Positions 9,624 through 18,418 of a DNA stretch of 64,000 nt are shown here, in pieces. The notes beneath the pieces are model-generated. The model was not told the origin of the DNA, did no database searches, and saw only the letters and a program-made list of their open reading frames with translations. The stretch comes from Candidatus Latescibacterota bacterium (GTDB taxonomy: Bacteria > Latescibacterota > CBDCVA01). How positions within the stretch are numbered: the first letter of the stretch is position 1; every line of letters begins with the position of its first letter. The stretch is from contig CBDCVA010000001.1 of NCBI GenBank assembly GCA_965222935.1, positions 196,093 to 260,092 of the forward strand. The letters are read 5' to 3'. The position numbers were made by a program, and so were the translations under genes.

Positions 9624-10454
9624 GTGATGATGGCGAATAGCCCGACAGATCCGGCGGTCGTCTGCGACGAAGAGGCCCATAAGGCTCGGGTGTTGGCGCG
9701 TGGCAATCTGCCGCGCCACGTGGCTATCATCATGGACGGCAACGGCCGCTGGGCTGAGCAGCGTGGGCTGCCGCGCACCGAAGGCCACAGCGCCAGCGTC
9801 GCGGTGGTCAAGGATGTGGTGCGGGCCGCGGCAGATCTGGAGCTAGAGGTCCTGACGCTATACACGTTCAGTGTCGAAAACTGGCGGCGCCCTCCCGGTG
9901 AGGTGTTCTTCTTGATGAGCCTGTTGCGCGACACGCTCAATGATGAACTACCGGAACTGCATGCGGAGAACGTCCGGTTCCGCACGATTGGGCGCGTCTC
10001 ACGGCTGTTCCCCGCCAGCCGCGCTGCGGTTCGTAACTCGATCGAGACCACCAAGGACAACACGGGCCTCGTCCTCAACCTGGCGCTGAGCTACGGGGGC
10101 AAACTTGAGATCGTGGACGCGGTCCGGGCCATCAGCCGGAAGATCGAGCGAGGCGAGCTCGCCTCGCACCAGATCAACGAACGGCTCATCGCCGCCCACC
10201 TCTACACCGCCGATCTGCCCGATCCCGACCTGCTCATTCGGACATCGGGCGAGATGCGCATCTCCAACTTCATGCTCTGGCAGTTGGCGTACACGGAGAT
10301 GTGGGTGACCGATGTCCTCTGGCCGGATTTTTCGCGCCACGATCTCTACGAGGCCATCGAGAGCTATCAGACCCGCGAGCGACGCTTCGGCCGCACCTCT
10401 GATCAACTCCGGAGAGGACGATCACAGGCCCCAGCGGTCTCGGTGGCCAGCTGA
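9624..10454 (+). CDS. uppS: Isoprenyl transferase / undecaprenyl-diphosphate synthase
   Basis: IIMDGNGRWA, cis-prenyltransferase fold motifs. Confidence 0.9.
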   Translation: MMMANSPTDPAVVCDEEAHKARVLARGNLPRHVAIIMDGNGRWAEQRGLPRTEGHSASVAVVKDVVRAAADLELEVLTLYTFSVENWRRPPGEVFFLMSLLRDTLNDELPELHAENVRFRTIGRVSRLFPASRAAVRNSIETTKDNTGLVLNLALSYGGKLEIVDAVRAISRKIERGELASHQINERLIAAHLYTADLPDPDLLIRTSGEMRISNFMLWQLAYTEMWVTDVLWPDFSRHDLYEAIESYQTRERRFGRTSDQLRRGRSQAPAVSVAS

Positions 10455-10492
10455 CGTCCGCTCGGGCACGACGACGTCCGGCTCGATCCAGC

Positions 10493-11326
10493 GTGCCCAT
10501 TCCTACGGTGCGGCAGCCCGACTCAGTGCTTCTACGGCGCGGCGTGGCAGGCGCTTTGCTCGTCGCAGTGGTCGCGTGGGCAGCCGTGCGGGGCGGGCTG
10601 TTTTTCCTGGTTCTGCTCGACCTCATCCTGGCTGGAGCGGCGCTCGAACTGATCGCCCTTACGGGGCTTCGCCCGGCCCTATGGCATCGCGTCGCGCTCG
10701 TCGCTCTGGCGCTCATGCCAGGGTGGCTTTGGGTGACCGGCACGGCGTTGGAGCTGGGACTGGGGTTGACGGTCCTCGGTGCTCTGGTCCTGGCTCTTGT
10801 CACCGCGCCGCACGATGGCCTCCGTTCGGCGGGCGCTCACCTGCTCGTCGTCGCCTACGTCGGCTGGCTGGGAGGGTTGTTGGTGGGTCTGCGGTGGGAA
10901 GACCCTGCGTCGCCGGGAGAGAACACCATCCTTTTTACCTTCGTGGTGCTCTGGACGAGCGACACGGTCGCTTATCTGGTCGGGAGCAAGTTTGGTAAAC
11001 ACAAGCTCACGCCCCGTCTCAGCCCTGGTAAATCGGTCGAGGGCCTCGTGAGTGGATTCGTGGGCGCTTGGCTTGTGGCGGGCCTCTGGTGTTTCGCCGT
11101 TCCGGGCGCCGCTACGCTCGCCTACTGGTGGGGGCTTGCTACGCTGCTTGCTGCTGCCGGGTTCGTGGGCGATCTGTTTGAATCGGGCCTCAAACGCGCT
11201 GCGGGGGTCAAGGACACCTCCAACGTGATCCCCGGCCATGGAGGCCTGCTCGATCGCTTCGACTCCGCGCTCTTCGCGGCGCCGGCCCTTGCGTGCTGGC
11301 GCGCCTGGCTTGGAGTGCCTGGATGA
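10493..11326 (+). CDS. cdsA: Phosphatidate cytidylyltransferase
   Basis: Polytopic membrane protein; C-terminal CdsA signature (SxxKRxxxVKDxSxxIPGHGGxLDRxDS). Confidence 0.85.
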   Translation: MPIPTVRQPDSVLLRRGVAGALLVAVVAWAAVRGGLFFLVLLDLILAGAALELIALTGLRPALWHRVALVALALMPGWLWVTGTALELGLGLTVLGALVLALVTAPHDGLRSAGAHLLVVAYVGWLGGLLVGLRWEDPASPGENTILFTFVVLWTSDTVAYLVGSKFGKHKLTPRLSPGKSVEGLVSGFVGAWLVAGLWCFAVPGAATLAYWWGLATLLAAAGFVGDLFESGLKRAAGVKDTSNVIPGHGGLLDRFDSALFAAPALACWRAWLGVPG

Positions 11327-12504
11327 AGCGCTTGGTGATTTTGGGGTCCACGGGCTCCATCGGCACGCAGACGCTGGAGGTGGTCCGGGCGCTGGCTCCT
11401 TCTTCGATATCCATCGTTGGGCTAGCCGCTAGGCGCAATGTGACGGCACTTGTTGCGCAGGCGCGCGAGTTTCGCCCCAAGGTGGTGGCGGTGGCGGACG
11501 AAGCCAGTGCCGCCGCTGCCGCCGCTGCACTTCGGCCGTTGGGTATCACCGTCTGTTCTGGTCCTGCGGGGGTTGAAGCCGCCGCAGCGGAGGCCGAGGC
11601 GGACCTCGTCGTCAACGCGCTGACGGGTTCTGACGGCCTCGCGCCTACGGTGGCCGCGATTGAGGCCGGGTGTGACGTGGCGCTGGCGAATAAGGAGACG
11701 GTCGTCATGGCCGGGCGGTATGTCCTCGGCCTCGCGCGGCGTCGGGGCGTGACGATCCTTCCCGTAGACAGCGAACACTCCTCCCTCTTTCAGCTCCTCG
11801 CTGGCCGCGACCCCGGTGAGGTGAGCCGGCTCATTCTGACGGCCTCCGGCGGTCCATTCGTGGATGTCGACGCGGATGCGCTTGCGCATGTGACCGTAGA
11901 GGCGGCGTTACAACACCCCGTCTGGGACATGGGCGACAGGATCACGATCGATTCCGCGACGCTCATGAACAAGGGGCTCGAAGTCATCGAAGCGCGCTGG
12001 CTCTTCGATATCCCAAGCGACCGTATTGACGTCGTGGTCCATCGCCAGTCGGTCGTTCATGGCATGGTCGGGTTGACTGACGGGACTTGCATGGCGCACC
12101 TGGGTGTTCCGGATATGCGCGCTCCGATCCAGTACGCGCTGACGTATCCCTTCCGCGAGCCGTCGCTAGCCGCTCGCCTGGACATGCACACTCAGCTTTC
12201 TCTGACTTTCGAACGGCCTGATCTTGCGCGTTTTCCGTGTCTCCGCCTGGCGTACGAGGCGTTGCGCGCCGGGGGTACAACGCCAGCCTGCCTCAACGCG
12301 GCCAACGAAGTGGCTGTGGGAGCTTTCCTGGTGGAGCGTTTGCCCTTTCTGGGAATCCCCGCCGTGGTCGAGCGCGTTCTGGAGGCGCACCAGCCGATGC
12401 CGGATGACGAGCTGGGGATCATCCGAATGGCCGACCGCTGGGCGCGCGAGCGTGCGCTCGAGGCCGTCGCGTCGAGCGCCAACGCCGCTGTGTCGGTGGG
12501 TTGA
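11323..12504 (+). CDS. dxr: 1-deoxy-D-xylulose 5-phosphate reductoisomerase
   Basis: Start MKRLVILGSTGSIGTQTLEVV (NADPH-binding); the track ORF begins 30 nt upstream at an in-frame Met. Confidence 0.9.
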   Translation: MKRLVILGSTGSIGTQTLEVVRALAPSSISIVGLAARRNVTALVAQAREFRPKVVAVADEASAAAAAAALRPLGITVCSGPAGVEAAAAEAEADLVVNALTGSDGLAPTVAAIEAGCDVALANKETVVMAGRYVLGLARRRGVTILPVDSEHSSLFQLLAGRDPGEVSRLILTASGGPFVDVDADALAHVTVEAALQHPVWDMGDRITIDSATLMNKGLEVIEARWLFDIPSDRIDVVVHRQSVVHGMVGLTDGTCMAHLGVPDMRAPIQYALTYPFREPSLAARLDMHTQLSLTFERPDLARFPCLRLAYEALRAGGTTPACLNAANEVAVGAFLVERLPFLGIPAVVERVLEAHQPMPDDELGIIRMADRWARERALEAVASSANAAVSVG

Positions 12505-13817
12505 ACGTGCTGGCGTCACTCCAGACCATCGCGGGCTTCGTTCTCATCCTGGGGCCTCTCATTTTCGTCCACGAGTTGGGCCATTTCCTGGCCGCGAAAT
12601 GGGCCGGCATTCGCGTCGAGCGCTTCTCTCTCGGCTATCCGCCCAAGATGTTCGGCATCACCATAGGCGTGACGGAGTACTGTATCTCCTGGATCCCCTT
12701 CGGCGGCTACATCAAGATGGCCGGCGGTTCCTTCGAAACAGGCATTGCCACGGGCGCTCCCGACGAGTTCGCTTCCAAACCCATCGCCGCTCGTCTCGCC
12801 GTTCTGGCGGCGGGTCCGTTGGCGAACATCTTCATCGCGTTTGCTCTTTTCTTTTTCATGGCCGTGGCGTTTGGTGCGCCGACTTATTCCACCACACGCC
12901 TCGGCACCGTGGAGCCCGGTTCGCCCGCCGAACGCGCGGGCCTACGGACTGGCGACCGGATCGTCGCGGTTGGGGGCGAGGCCGTTGTGGACTGGGAGGA
13001 ACTGGCTAAGGGGCTGATGATGGCCTATGCCGAGCCCGTGATGCTGCTGACTGAGCGGGAGGGAGAGCGGCTGGAGATGCTGATCCCGGCGGTTAGCGGC
13101 GACGAACCCTTCGGGATTGAGCCCTGGATTCCGGCGGAGATCGGACGCCTCGAACCCGGAGAGCCAGCGGAGGGGGCGGGCCTAAGGCCAGGTGACCTCA
13201 TCGTCGAGGTGGCGGGTGAACCCATTGCGCAGTGGCGCGACCTCTACGAGGCCGTGCGAGAGCGGCCGGAGTTTCCCACGTCCGTCGTGTGGCGGCGTGG
13301 CGATCAGCAGTTGAGCACGGAAATTGTGCCGCGGGCTTTCAAGGTACCCGGAGAAGCCGACGGAGAGGAAAGGGTAGTGGGCCGCCTGGGTGTCTACCCT
13401 ATGCTGGAGATTAAGCGCGTCGGTCCGATCTCGGGTCTGGTCGTGGCGGGACAGCAGACTTACCTGATATCGTCTCTGATCCTGGATTTCCTCCACCGCG
13501 CGCTCACGGGCAGGGCGTCGAAGGAGGAACTGAGCGGCCCGGTCATGATCATCCGCATGGCTGGCGAGAGCGTGCGCGGAGGGTTTACGTCGCTCTTGAG
13601 CTTCATCGCTTTGCTCGGCGTCAACCTCGGGCTGCTCAACCTCTTCCCGCTTCCCGTCCTGGACGGCGGCCAGATGGTCATCCTTGGCGCTGAAGCCGCC
13701 ATCCGGCGCCCATTTTCGCTGCGCGTGAGGCTGGTCATCCAGCAGGTCGGGCTTGCGTTTCTAGTCCTGCTCATGTTGCTCGTTACAGTCAACGACGTAG
13801 TGCGTCTGTTCAACTAG
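12501..13817 (+). CDS. rseP: RIP metalloprotease RseP (site-2 protease)
   Basis: HELGHFLAA HEXXH in TM1, PDZ domains, LDGG motif near the C-terminus; overlaps the dxr stop. Confidence 0.9.
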   Translation: MNVLASLQTIAGFVLILGPLIFVHELGHFLAAKWAGIRVERFSLGYPPKMFGITIGVTEYCISWIPFGGYIKMAGGSFETGIATGAPDEFASKPIAARLAVLAAGPLANIFIAFALFFFMAVAFGAPTYSTTRLGTVEPGSPAERAGLRTGDRIVAVGGEAVVDWEELAKGLMMAYAEPVMLLTEREGERLEMLIPAVSGDEPFGIEPWIPAEIGRLEPGEPAEGAGLRPGDLIVEVAGEPIAQWRDLYEAVRERPEFPTSVVWRRGDQQLSTEIVPRAFKVPGEADGEERVVGRLGVYPMLEIKRVGPISGLVVAGQQTYLISSLILDFLHRALTGRASKEELSGPVMIIRMAGESVRGGFTSLLSFIALLGVNLGLLNLFPLPVLDGGQMVILGAEAAIRRPFSLRVRLVIQQVGLAFLVLLMLLVTVNDVVRLFN

Positions 13818-13849
13818 CTCGAACCCCGACAGCGCAGAAGAAACGCCTC

Positions 13850-14278
13850 TCACGGCACCGGAGCCGCATGGGTCGGCTCCGGCCCCGGTATGGAGAACGA
13901 CCGCCGGGCGGCGGCCACGCGCAGCTCATCGCGCACCCTCGCTAGAATGTGCTCCCAGCGCTGGGGATCCTCCCCCACGTGCTCCAACGCGCGCCAGACC
14001 TCCGGCATTGAGCGGGCCACTTCGCCGAAGAGCCGCTCGTGCTCCGCCTTCATCTGACCGGGCACGGTCGCGTAGTCGGACGTGGCGAGCAGGGCTTTTG
14101 CCAATAGAAGTGCCAGCACCTCGTCGCTCATGGAGAAGGGCTCACAGCAGGCGATACAGGCCGCCATAAGGGGTCCCAGAAGCGCACTCATGCGCCACGA
14201 ACTGCTCACACGATAGGTGAATATAATGGCACTAACCCCATTAAAGAATACACTATACCTCAAAACTCCTCTTGACAA
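13850..14278 (-). CDS. Hypothetical protein
   Basis: 142-aa ORF convergent with rseP, no recognisable motif; its real start may be an internal Met. Confidence 0.3.
   Translation of the reverse strand: MSRGVLRYSVFFNGVSAIIFTYRVSSSWRMSALLGPLMAACIACCEPFSMSDEVLALLLAKALLATSDYATVPGQMKAEHERLFGEVARSMPEVWRALEHVGEDPQRWEHILARVRDELRVAAARRSFSIPGPEPTHAAPVP
13858..13882. terminator. Strong GC hairpin (ccggagccg-catgggt-cggctccgg) between convergent rseP and a minus-strand ORF
   Basis: Perfect 9-bp inverted repeat seen in sequence; no clear T-tract. Confidence 0.3.
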
Positions 14279-14301
14279 GGGGGGTATAGTGGTGTAAAAT
14301 G
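14273..14301 (+). promoter_or_regulatory. Near-consensus sigma70 promoter (TTGACA-17nt-TAAAAT) upstream of mraZ, followed by G-rich TGGG repeats
   Basis: TTGACA at 14273-14278, 17-nt spacer, TAAAAT at 14296-14301. The ~200-nt leader begins tgggggggtgtgggttgg (candidate MraZ-box-like repeats). Confidence 0.5.
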
Positions 14302-14505
14302 GGGGGGTGTGGGTTGGTTGCGTCGCGGGCGTCGCCCTTAAGCACTTTCTTCCAACGGCACCCGCGACTGTGCCGACCGGGATAACCTGGGGAGGTTACT
14401 CTTTTGGTCATGGCGACTTTCCAGAAGGGTGTGGGCAGTGGTTGCATTCTAGCCTTTGGGCGTGGGGACGGCGCATAGCGCCGACTGCTCCACGACGGCA
14501 CAGTT

Positions 14506-14943
14506 ATGTCGACCTTCTACGGCGAGTTCGAATATACAATAGATGAGAAAGGCCGGCTCAATGTTCCCACGGAACTGCGGCGCGGCCTGGAACCGGAAGC
14601 TGGGGAAAGCCTCGTTATCACGCGCGGTTACGACGGCCACTTGATCGCCTACGGCATCGACGACTGGAGCCACAAGCAGGAAGCGATCCGCAAACTGCCC
14701 ATGGGCGACCCCCGCGCGCGCAACATCAAACGTCTGTTCGGATCGCGCGCCACTGTCCAGCGATTGGACGGCCAGGGGCGCATTCGCATCTCACAGCAGT
14801 TGCTCGAATCTGTCGGCATTCAAGACCGGGTCAAGATCGTGGGCACGGTCGATTGCTTCGAGTTGTGGAACCCCCAGCACTATGACGATCAAATGTCCAA
14901 GGTCGACTTCGGGGGCCAGGACCTGAGCGATTTCATCCTGTAA
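14506..14943 (+). CDS. mraZ: Division/cell wall cluster transcriptional regulator MraZ
   Basis: Two MraZ/AbrB-like repeats (FYGEFEYTIDEKGRLNVP; GQGRIRISQQL). Confidence 0.9.
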   Translation: MSTFYGEFEYTIDEKGRLNVPTELRRGLEPEAGESLVITRGYDGHLIAYGIDDWSHKQEAIRKLPMGDPRARNIKRLFGSRATVQRLDGQGRIRISQQLLESVGIQDRVKIVGTVDCFELWNPQHYDDQMSKVDFGGQDLSDFIL

Positions 14944-14952
14944 CGGCACGCC

Positions 14953-15885
14953 ATGCCCACCATCTACCATATGCCTGTCCTGTGCGAGCGCGTCGTGACG
15001 ACGCTCGCGCGGTTTTCCGAGGGCGTCTACGTCGATGCGACCGTCGGCGGTGGTGGACATGCGGCGGCGCTCCTGGATGGGCTCGGCCCCGGAGCGCGGC
15101 TCGTCGCCATCGATCGCGATCCAGAGGCCATCGAAGCCGCCCACGAACGCCTGGCTCCGTACGGTGATCGGGTGCGCTTGTTCTGCACGACGTTTTCGAG
15201 ACTCGGAGAGGCAGTCGCCGAGACGGGCTTTGGTCCCGTCCACGGCGTGCTGTTCGATCTCGGCGTTTCCTGGTACCAGCTTGATGCCGCTGAGCGTGGT
15301 TTCAGTCACCGGCTCCCGGGGCCCCTGGATATGCGCATGGACCCTTCGCAGGCAGTGCCCGCGCAGGAGATAGTGGCTGGTGCGCCGGAGGATGAGCTTA
15401 CTGCGTTGCTCCGCGGTTACGGTGAGGTCCCACATGCACGACGCGTCGCCAGGCGGATCATTGCCGCCCGCCGGGAACGGCCCATCCGGACGACGCAGGA
15501 CCTCGCGGCCCTGATCGGACCGCTCGTCGCTCCAGCGGTGCAGGTCCGCTATCTCTCGCAGGTCTTTCAGGCGCTGCGCATCGCAGTCAACGACGAGCTC
15601 GGCGAGCTCGAGCGAGGCCTAGTCGCAGCGCTCGGTTGCCTGGCTCCAGGTGGGATTCTGGGAGTGATCGCGTACCATTCGCTTGAGGATCGCTTGGTTA
15701 AGCGTTTCTTCCGCGTTGAGGAGAGCGGCTGCATCTGTCCGCCCGATCTGCCGGTTTGCGCTTGTGGGCAGCGCCCGACGCTGCGCCTTGTGACGCGGCG
15801 GGTGATCCGGCCGTCGGAGGTGGAGGTGGCACATAACACGAGGGCTCGCAGCGCGTGTTTTCGGGCGGCGCAGCGGCGGGGTTGA
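14953..15885 (+). CDS. rsmH: 16S rRNA (cytosine1402-N4)-methyltransferase
   Basis: YVDATVGGGGHA SAM-binding motif and MraW family conservation. Confidence 0.9.
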   Translation: MPTIYHMPVLCERVVTTLARFSEGVYVDATVGGGGHAAALLDGLGPGARLVAIDRDPEAIEAAHERLAPYGDRVRLFCTTFSRLGEAVAETGFGPVHGVLFDLGVSWYQLDAAERGFSHRLPGPLDMRMDPSQAVPAQEIVAGAPEDELTALLRGYGEVPHARRVARRIIAARRERPIRTTQDLAALIGPLVAPAVQVRYLSQVFQALRIAVNDELGELERGLVAALGCLAPGGILGVIAYHSLEDRLVKRFFRVEESGCICPPDLPVCACGQRPTLRLVTRRVIRPSEVEVAHNTRARSACFRAAQRRG

Positions 15886-15960
15886 TGTGCGCAAGGGAAT
15901 CTCGGCTGAGAGGCGATTCCAGGTCGAAAGAGCGGCGGCGGCGCTCATAAGGGGGAGACA

Positions 15961-16242
15961 ATGTCCGCGCGGGTTGGTCTGATTCTGCTCTTCGTCAGTG
16001 TGGTGGCGATGCTTGCACACGTCTGGGGGCTGACCCGGTTGGTCGAGATGACCCAGCAGCGCGCGCGTTTAAGCGCTCGTGTGGATTCGCTGGAGAGCGC
16101 AAACAGCCACCTGCGGGCTGAAGTGGGGCAACTGGCCTCGGCCGACCGCGTTGAGCGCTTGGCCAAATCGCGCCTGGGCCTGGACTTTAAGAGCACGGAG
16201 ATCCGCGCAGTGCAAGTTTTGGTGCCCGCGGAGGAGCGGTAG
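15961..16242 (+). CDS. ftsL: Cell division protein FtsL-like
   Basis: 93 aa; N-terminal TM helix followed by coiled-coil; canonical position between rsmH and ftsI. Confidence 0.6.
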   Translation: MSARVGLILLFVSVVAMLAHVWGLTRLVEMTQQRARLSARVDSLESANSHLRAEVGQLASADRVERLAKSRLGLDFKSTEIRAVQVLVPAEER

Positions 16243-16267
16243 ACCCCTCGTCGCTGTGGGGAGGCAC

Positions 16268-18052
16268 ATGGAACCGGAGACGCTGAAGCTCGCCATCCGG
16301 GGGCGCCGACGCTTTCACGCTCTGATGGTTGGCTTTGTTGTCCTGTGGACTGGCCTTGCGCTGCGTCTATTCCTGCTTCAGGTCATGGATGGGCCACACT
16401 ACCGGGGGCTCGCGCAGAGACAACAGCAGAAGCGACAGAGGCTTCTTGCGCGTCGCGGCCGCATCCTGGACCGGCACTTGACTCCGCTGGTCGACAACGT
16501 TCTGGCGCGCCGCGTTGGAGCCGACCCTCGGAAGCTCAATGTACCCAAGGCTGTGCCGGTCATCACGGCCATCACGGGAGAGGACTCCGGGCTCCTACGC
16601 CAGCGGCTGGCGACACGATCGCCATTCGTCTGGTTAGCGCGTGGGGTGACGCCCGAGCAGGCGCGCGCACTGTCCGATGTTTCCGACTCGCCGATGCGCG
16701 TGGAGGTCGAGGTACAAAGGCATTATCCGCTGGGCGCTCTGGCGGGCTCGGTGATAGGGTTCACGGATGTGGATGGCGAGGGGATCGAAGGGATTGAGGC
16801 TGCCTTTGACGCCCAACTGGCCGGGCGCGACGCGTGGCGCGTAGTTCAACGGAACGGCGCCACCGGCGAGGTCTTCGCCTCAGTGGCGGACGGTGACGAA
16901 TCACCGCGCGATGGGGACGATATAGTCGTGACGCTTGATGCGCGCTACCAGGCCATCGTCGAAGCTGAGCTGGCTGCGACCGTGCGCGAGCACGACGCGC
17001 GGGGTGGAGTGGCGGTATTCCTGGCGCCGGCCACGGGCGAGATCCTCGCTATGGCGCAGGTGCCCAACGTGCATCCGTCCGCCTTTGAGCTTGCCTCATC
17101 CCGAGCGCGCCGCAACCGCTCGATCACCGATGGTTACGAACCGGGGTCGACCTTCAAGCTGGTAACGGCTGCGGCGGCTCTGGAGAGCGGCCGCTTCGGC
17201 CCTTCGACCCTCGTAGATTGCCACGGCGGACAACTGACCGTGGGTGGAGATGTCTTTCACGACCACCACCCTCTCTATGAACTCAGCTTTCAGGAGGTCT
17301 TCGCTCAGTCGAGCAACCTGGGCATGATCAGCGCCGCTCTCAAGGTCGGGGCACGTCCATTCTATCTGACGGCCCGCCAGTTCGGTTTTGGCCACGAGAC
17401 TGGCCTGGGTCTGCCCGGTGAGGCGAAGGGCATCCTGCGTGAGCCAACGGCCTGGTCAGCGCGCTCACTGCCCAGCCTGGCCATCGGGCAGGAGGTGCTG
17501 GTCACGCCACTACAGTTGGCTTGCGCATACGCCGTGGCTGCCAATGGGGGGAAGCTGGTTCCACCCAGGATCGTGCGCTACTTCCTGAGCTCGGACGGCG
17601 GGGTTCGTGACCCATTACCGTCGGCGGTGGGCAGGCGGGTCATCTCAGAGGCTACCGCACGTGAACTTCTGGCGTTCATGCGGACGTGCGTGGCGTCGGG
17701 TACGGGGCGCTCTGCGCAGGTGGAGGGGCTTGCCGTCGGTGGGAAGACCGGAACTGCCCAGAAAAGCGCCCCGGGCCGTAGGGGCTATCTTAAGAACGAA
17801 GTCGTGGTTTCATTCGTGGGAATTTGTCCGCTGGAGGCTCCTCGCATGGTGGGGCTGGTCGTCATCGACGAACCGCGGGGACGCGCATGGGGCGGCACGG
17901 TGGCGGCTCCGGCCTTTCGCCGCATGGTGCGACGGATGTTCGCACTCGATGGTGCTGTGCACGCGCGCGCGGTCGATAGCGTCTCCCCGGTCTCCGAGGG
18001 CGAGATCAGCCGGGATAGGCGCAGTGGGTGGTTGGCATCGAGTATGTTGTGA
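16268..18052 (+). CDS. ftsI: Peptidoglycan D,D-transpeptidase FtsI (class B PBP)
   Basis: Start MEPETLKL at ATG 16268; TM anchor; STFK, SSN and KTGT active-site motifs. The track ORF 16079 has a spurious 5' extension overlapping ftsL. Confidence 0.85.
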   Translation: MEPETLKLAIRGRRRFHALMVGFVVLWTGLALRLFLLQVMDGPHYRGLAQRQQQKRQRLLARRGRILDRHLTPLVDNVLARRVGADPRKLNVPKAVPVITAITGEDSGLLRQRLATRSPFVWLARGVTPEQARALSDVSDSPMRVEVEVQRHYPLGALAGSVIGFTDVDGEGIEGIEAAFDAQLAGRDAWRVVQRNGATGEVFASVADGDESPRDGDDIVVTLDARYQAIVEAELAATVREHDARGGVAVFLAPATGEILAMAQVPNVHPSAFELASSRARRNRSITDGYEPGSTFKLVTAAAALESGRFGPSTLVDCHGGQLTVGGDVFHDHHPLYELSFQEVFAQSSNLGMISAALKVGARPFYLTARQFGFGHETGLGLPGEAKGILREPTAWSARSLPSLAIGQEVLVTPLQLACAYAVAANGGKLVPPRIVRYFLSSDGGVRDPLPSAVGRRVISEATARELLAFMRTCVASGTGRSAQVEGLAVGGKTGTAQKSAPGRRGYLKNEVVVSFVGICPLEAPRMVGLVVIDEPRGRAWGGTVAAPAFRRMVRRMFALDGAVHARAVDSVSPVSEGEISRDRRSGWLASSML

Positions 18053-18418
18053 GGCGAAGAACTCTGAGGGAAAGATGCGTCTTGGTGAAGGTTCGTGCCC
18101 GGGATGTGCGCCGGACGCTGGCTACGGTGGCCAGCAGGTTTCTAGGGAATCCGATGCCACAGCACGGGTCATTCAGAGCCGGGGGGGCCGATGGTTGGGC
18201 GTCGGTCAGTCATATGGGCGCGCCTGTCCTAAAGGCGGGGGACGGCGCAACGTCCGGAGATTGACTGTGACGCATGATGGGTCTCCGCGCAGCCCGGTTC
18301 TACGACTCGTTCTCCCGAGGGTCACGAGCCTTCACCGGTTTCAGTTACCGCGCTCGGTGCGTTCGCTGCGCACACCCGGGCGCGGTAACGCATTTTTGAT
18401 GAGGTCCCGCAGCTAACG

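Noticed and set aside
16079-18052. Upstream extension of ftsI to 16079 (and of ftsW to 20678, murG to 21625, ftsZ to 27674, the metalloprotease to 3013)
   Set aside because: These extensions overlap the preceding conserved gene in another frame and add Arg-rich junk; conserved N-termini begin at the internal Met/ATG chosen.
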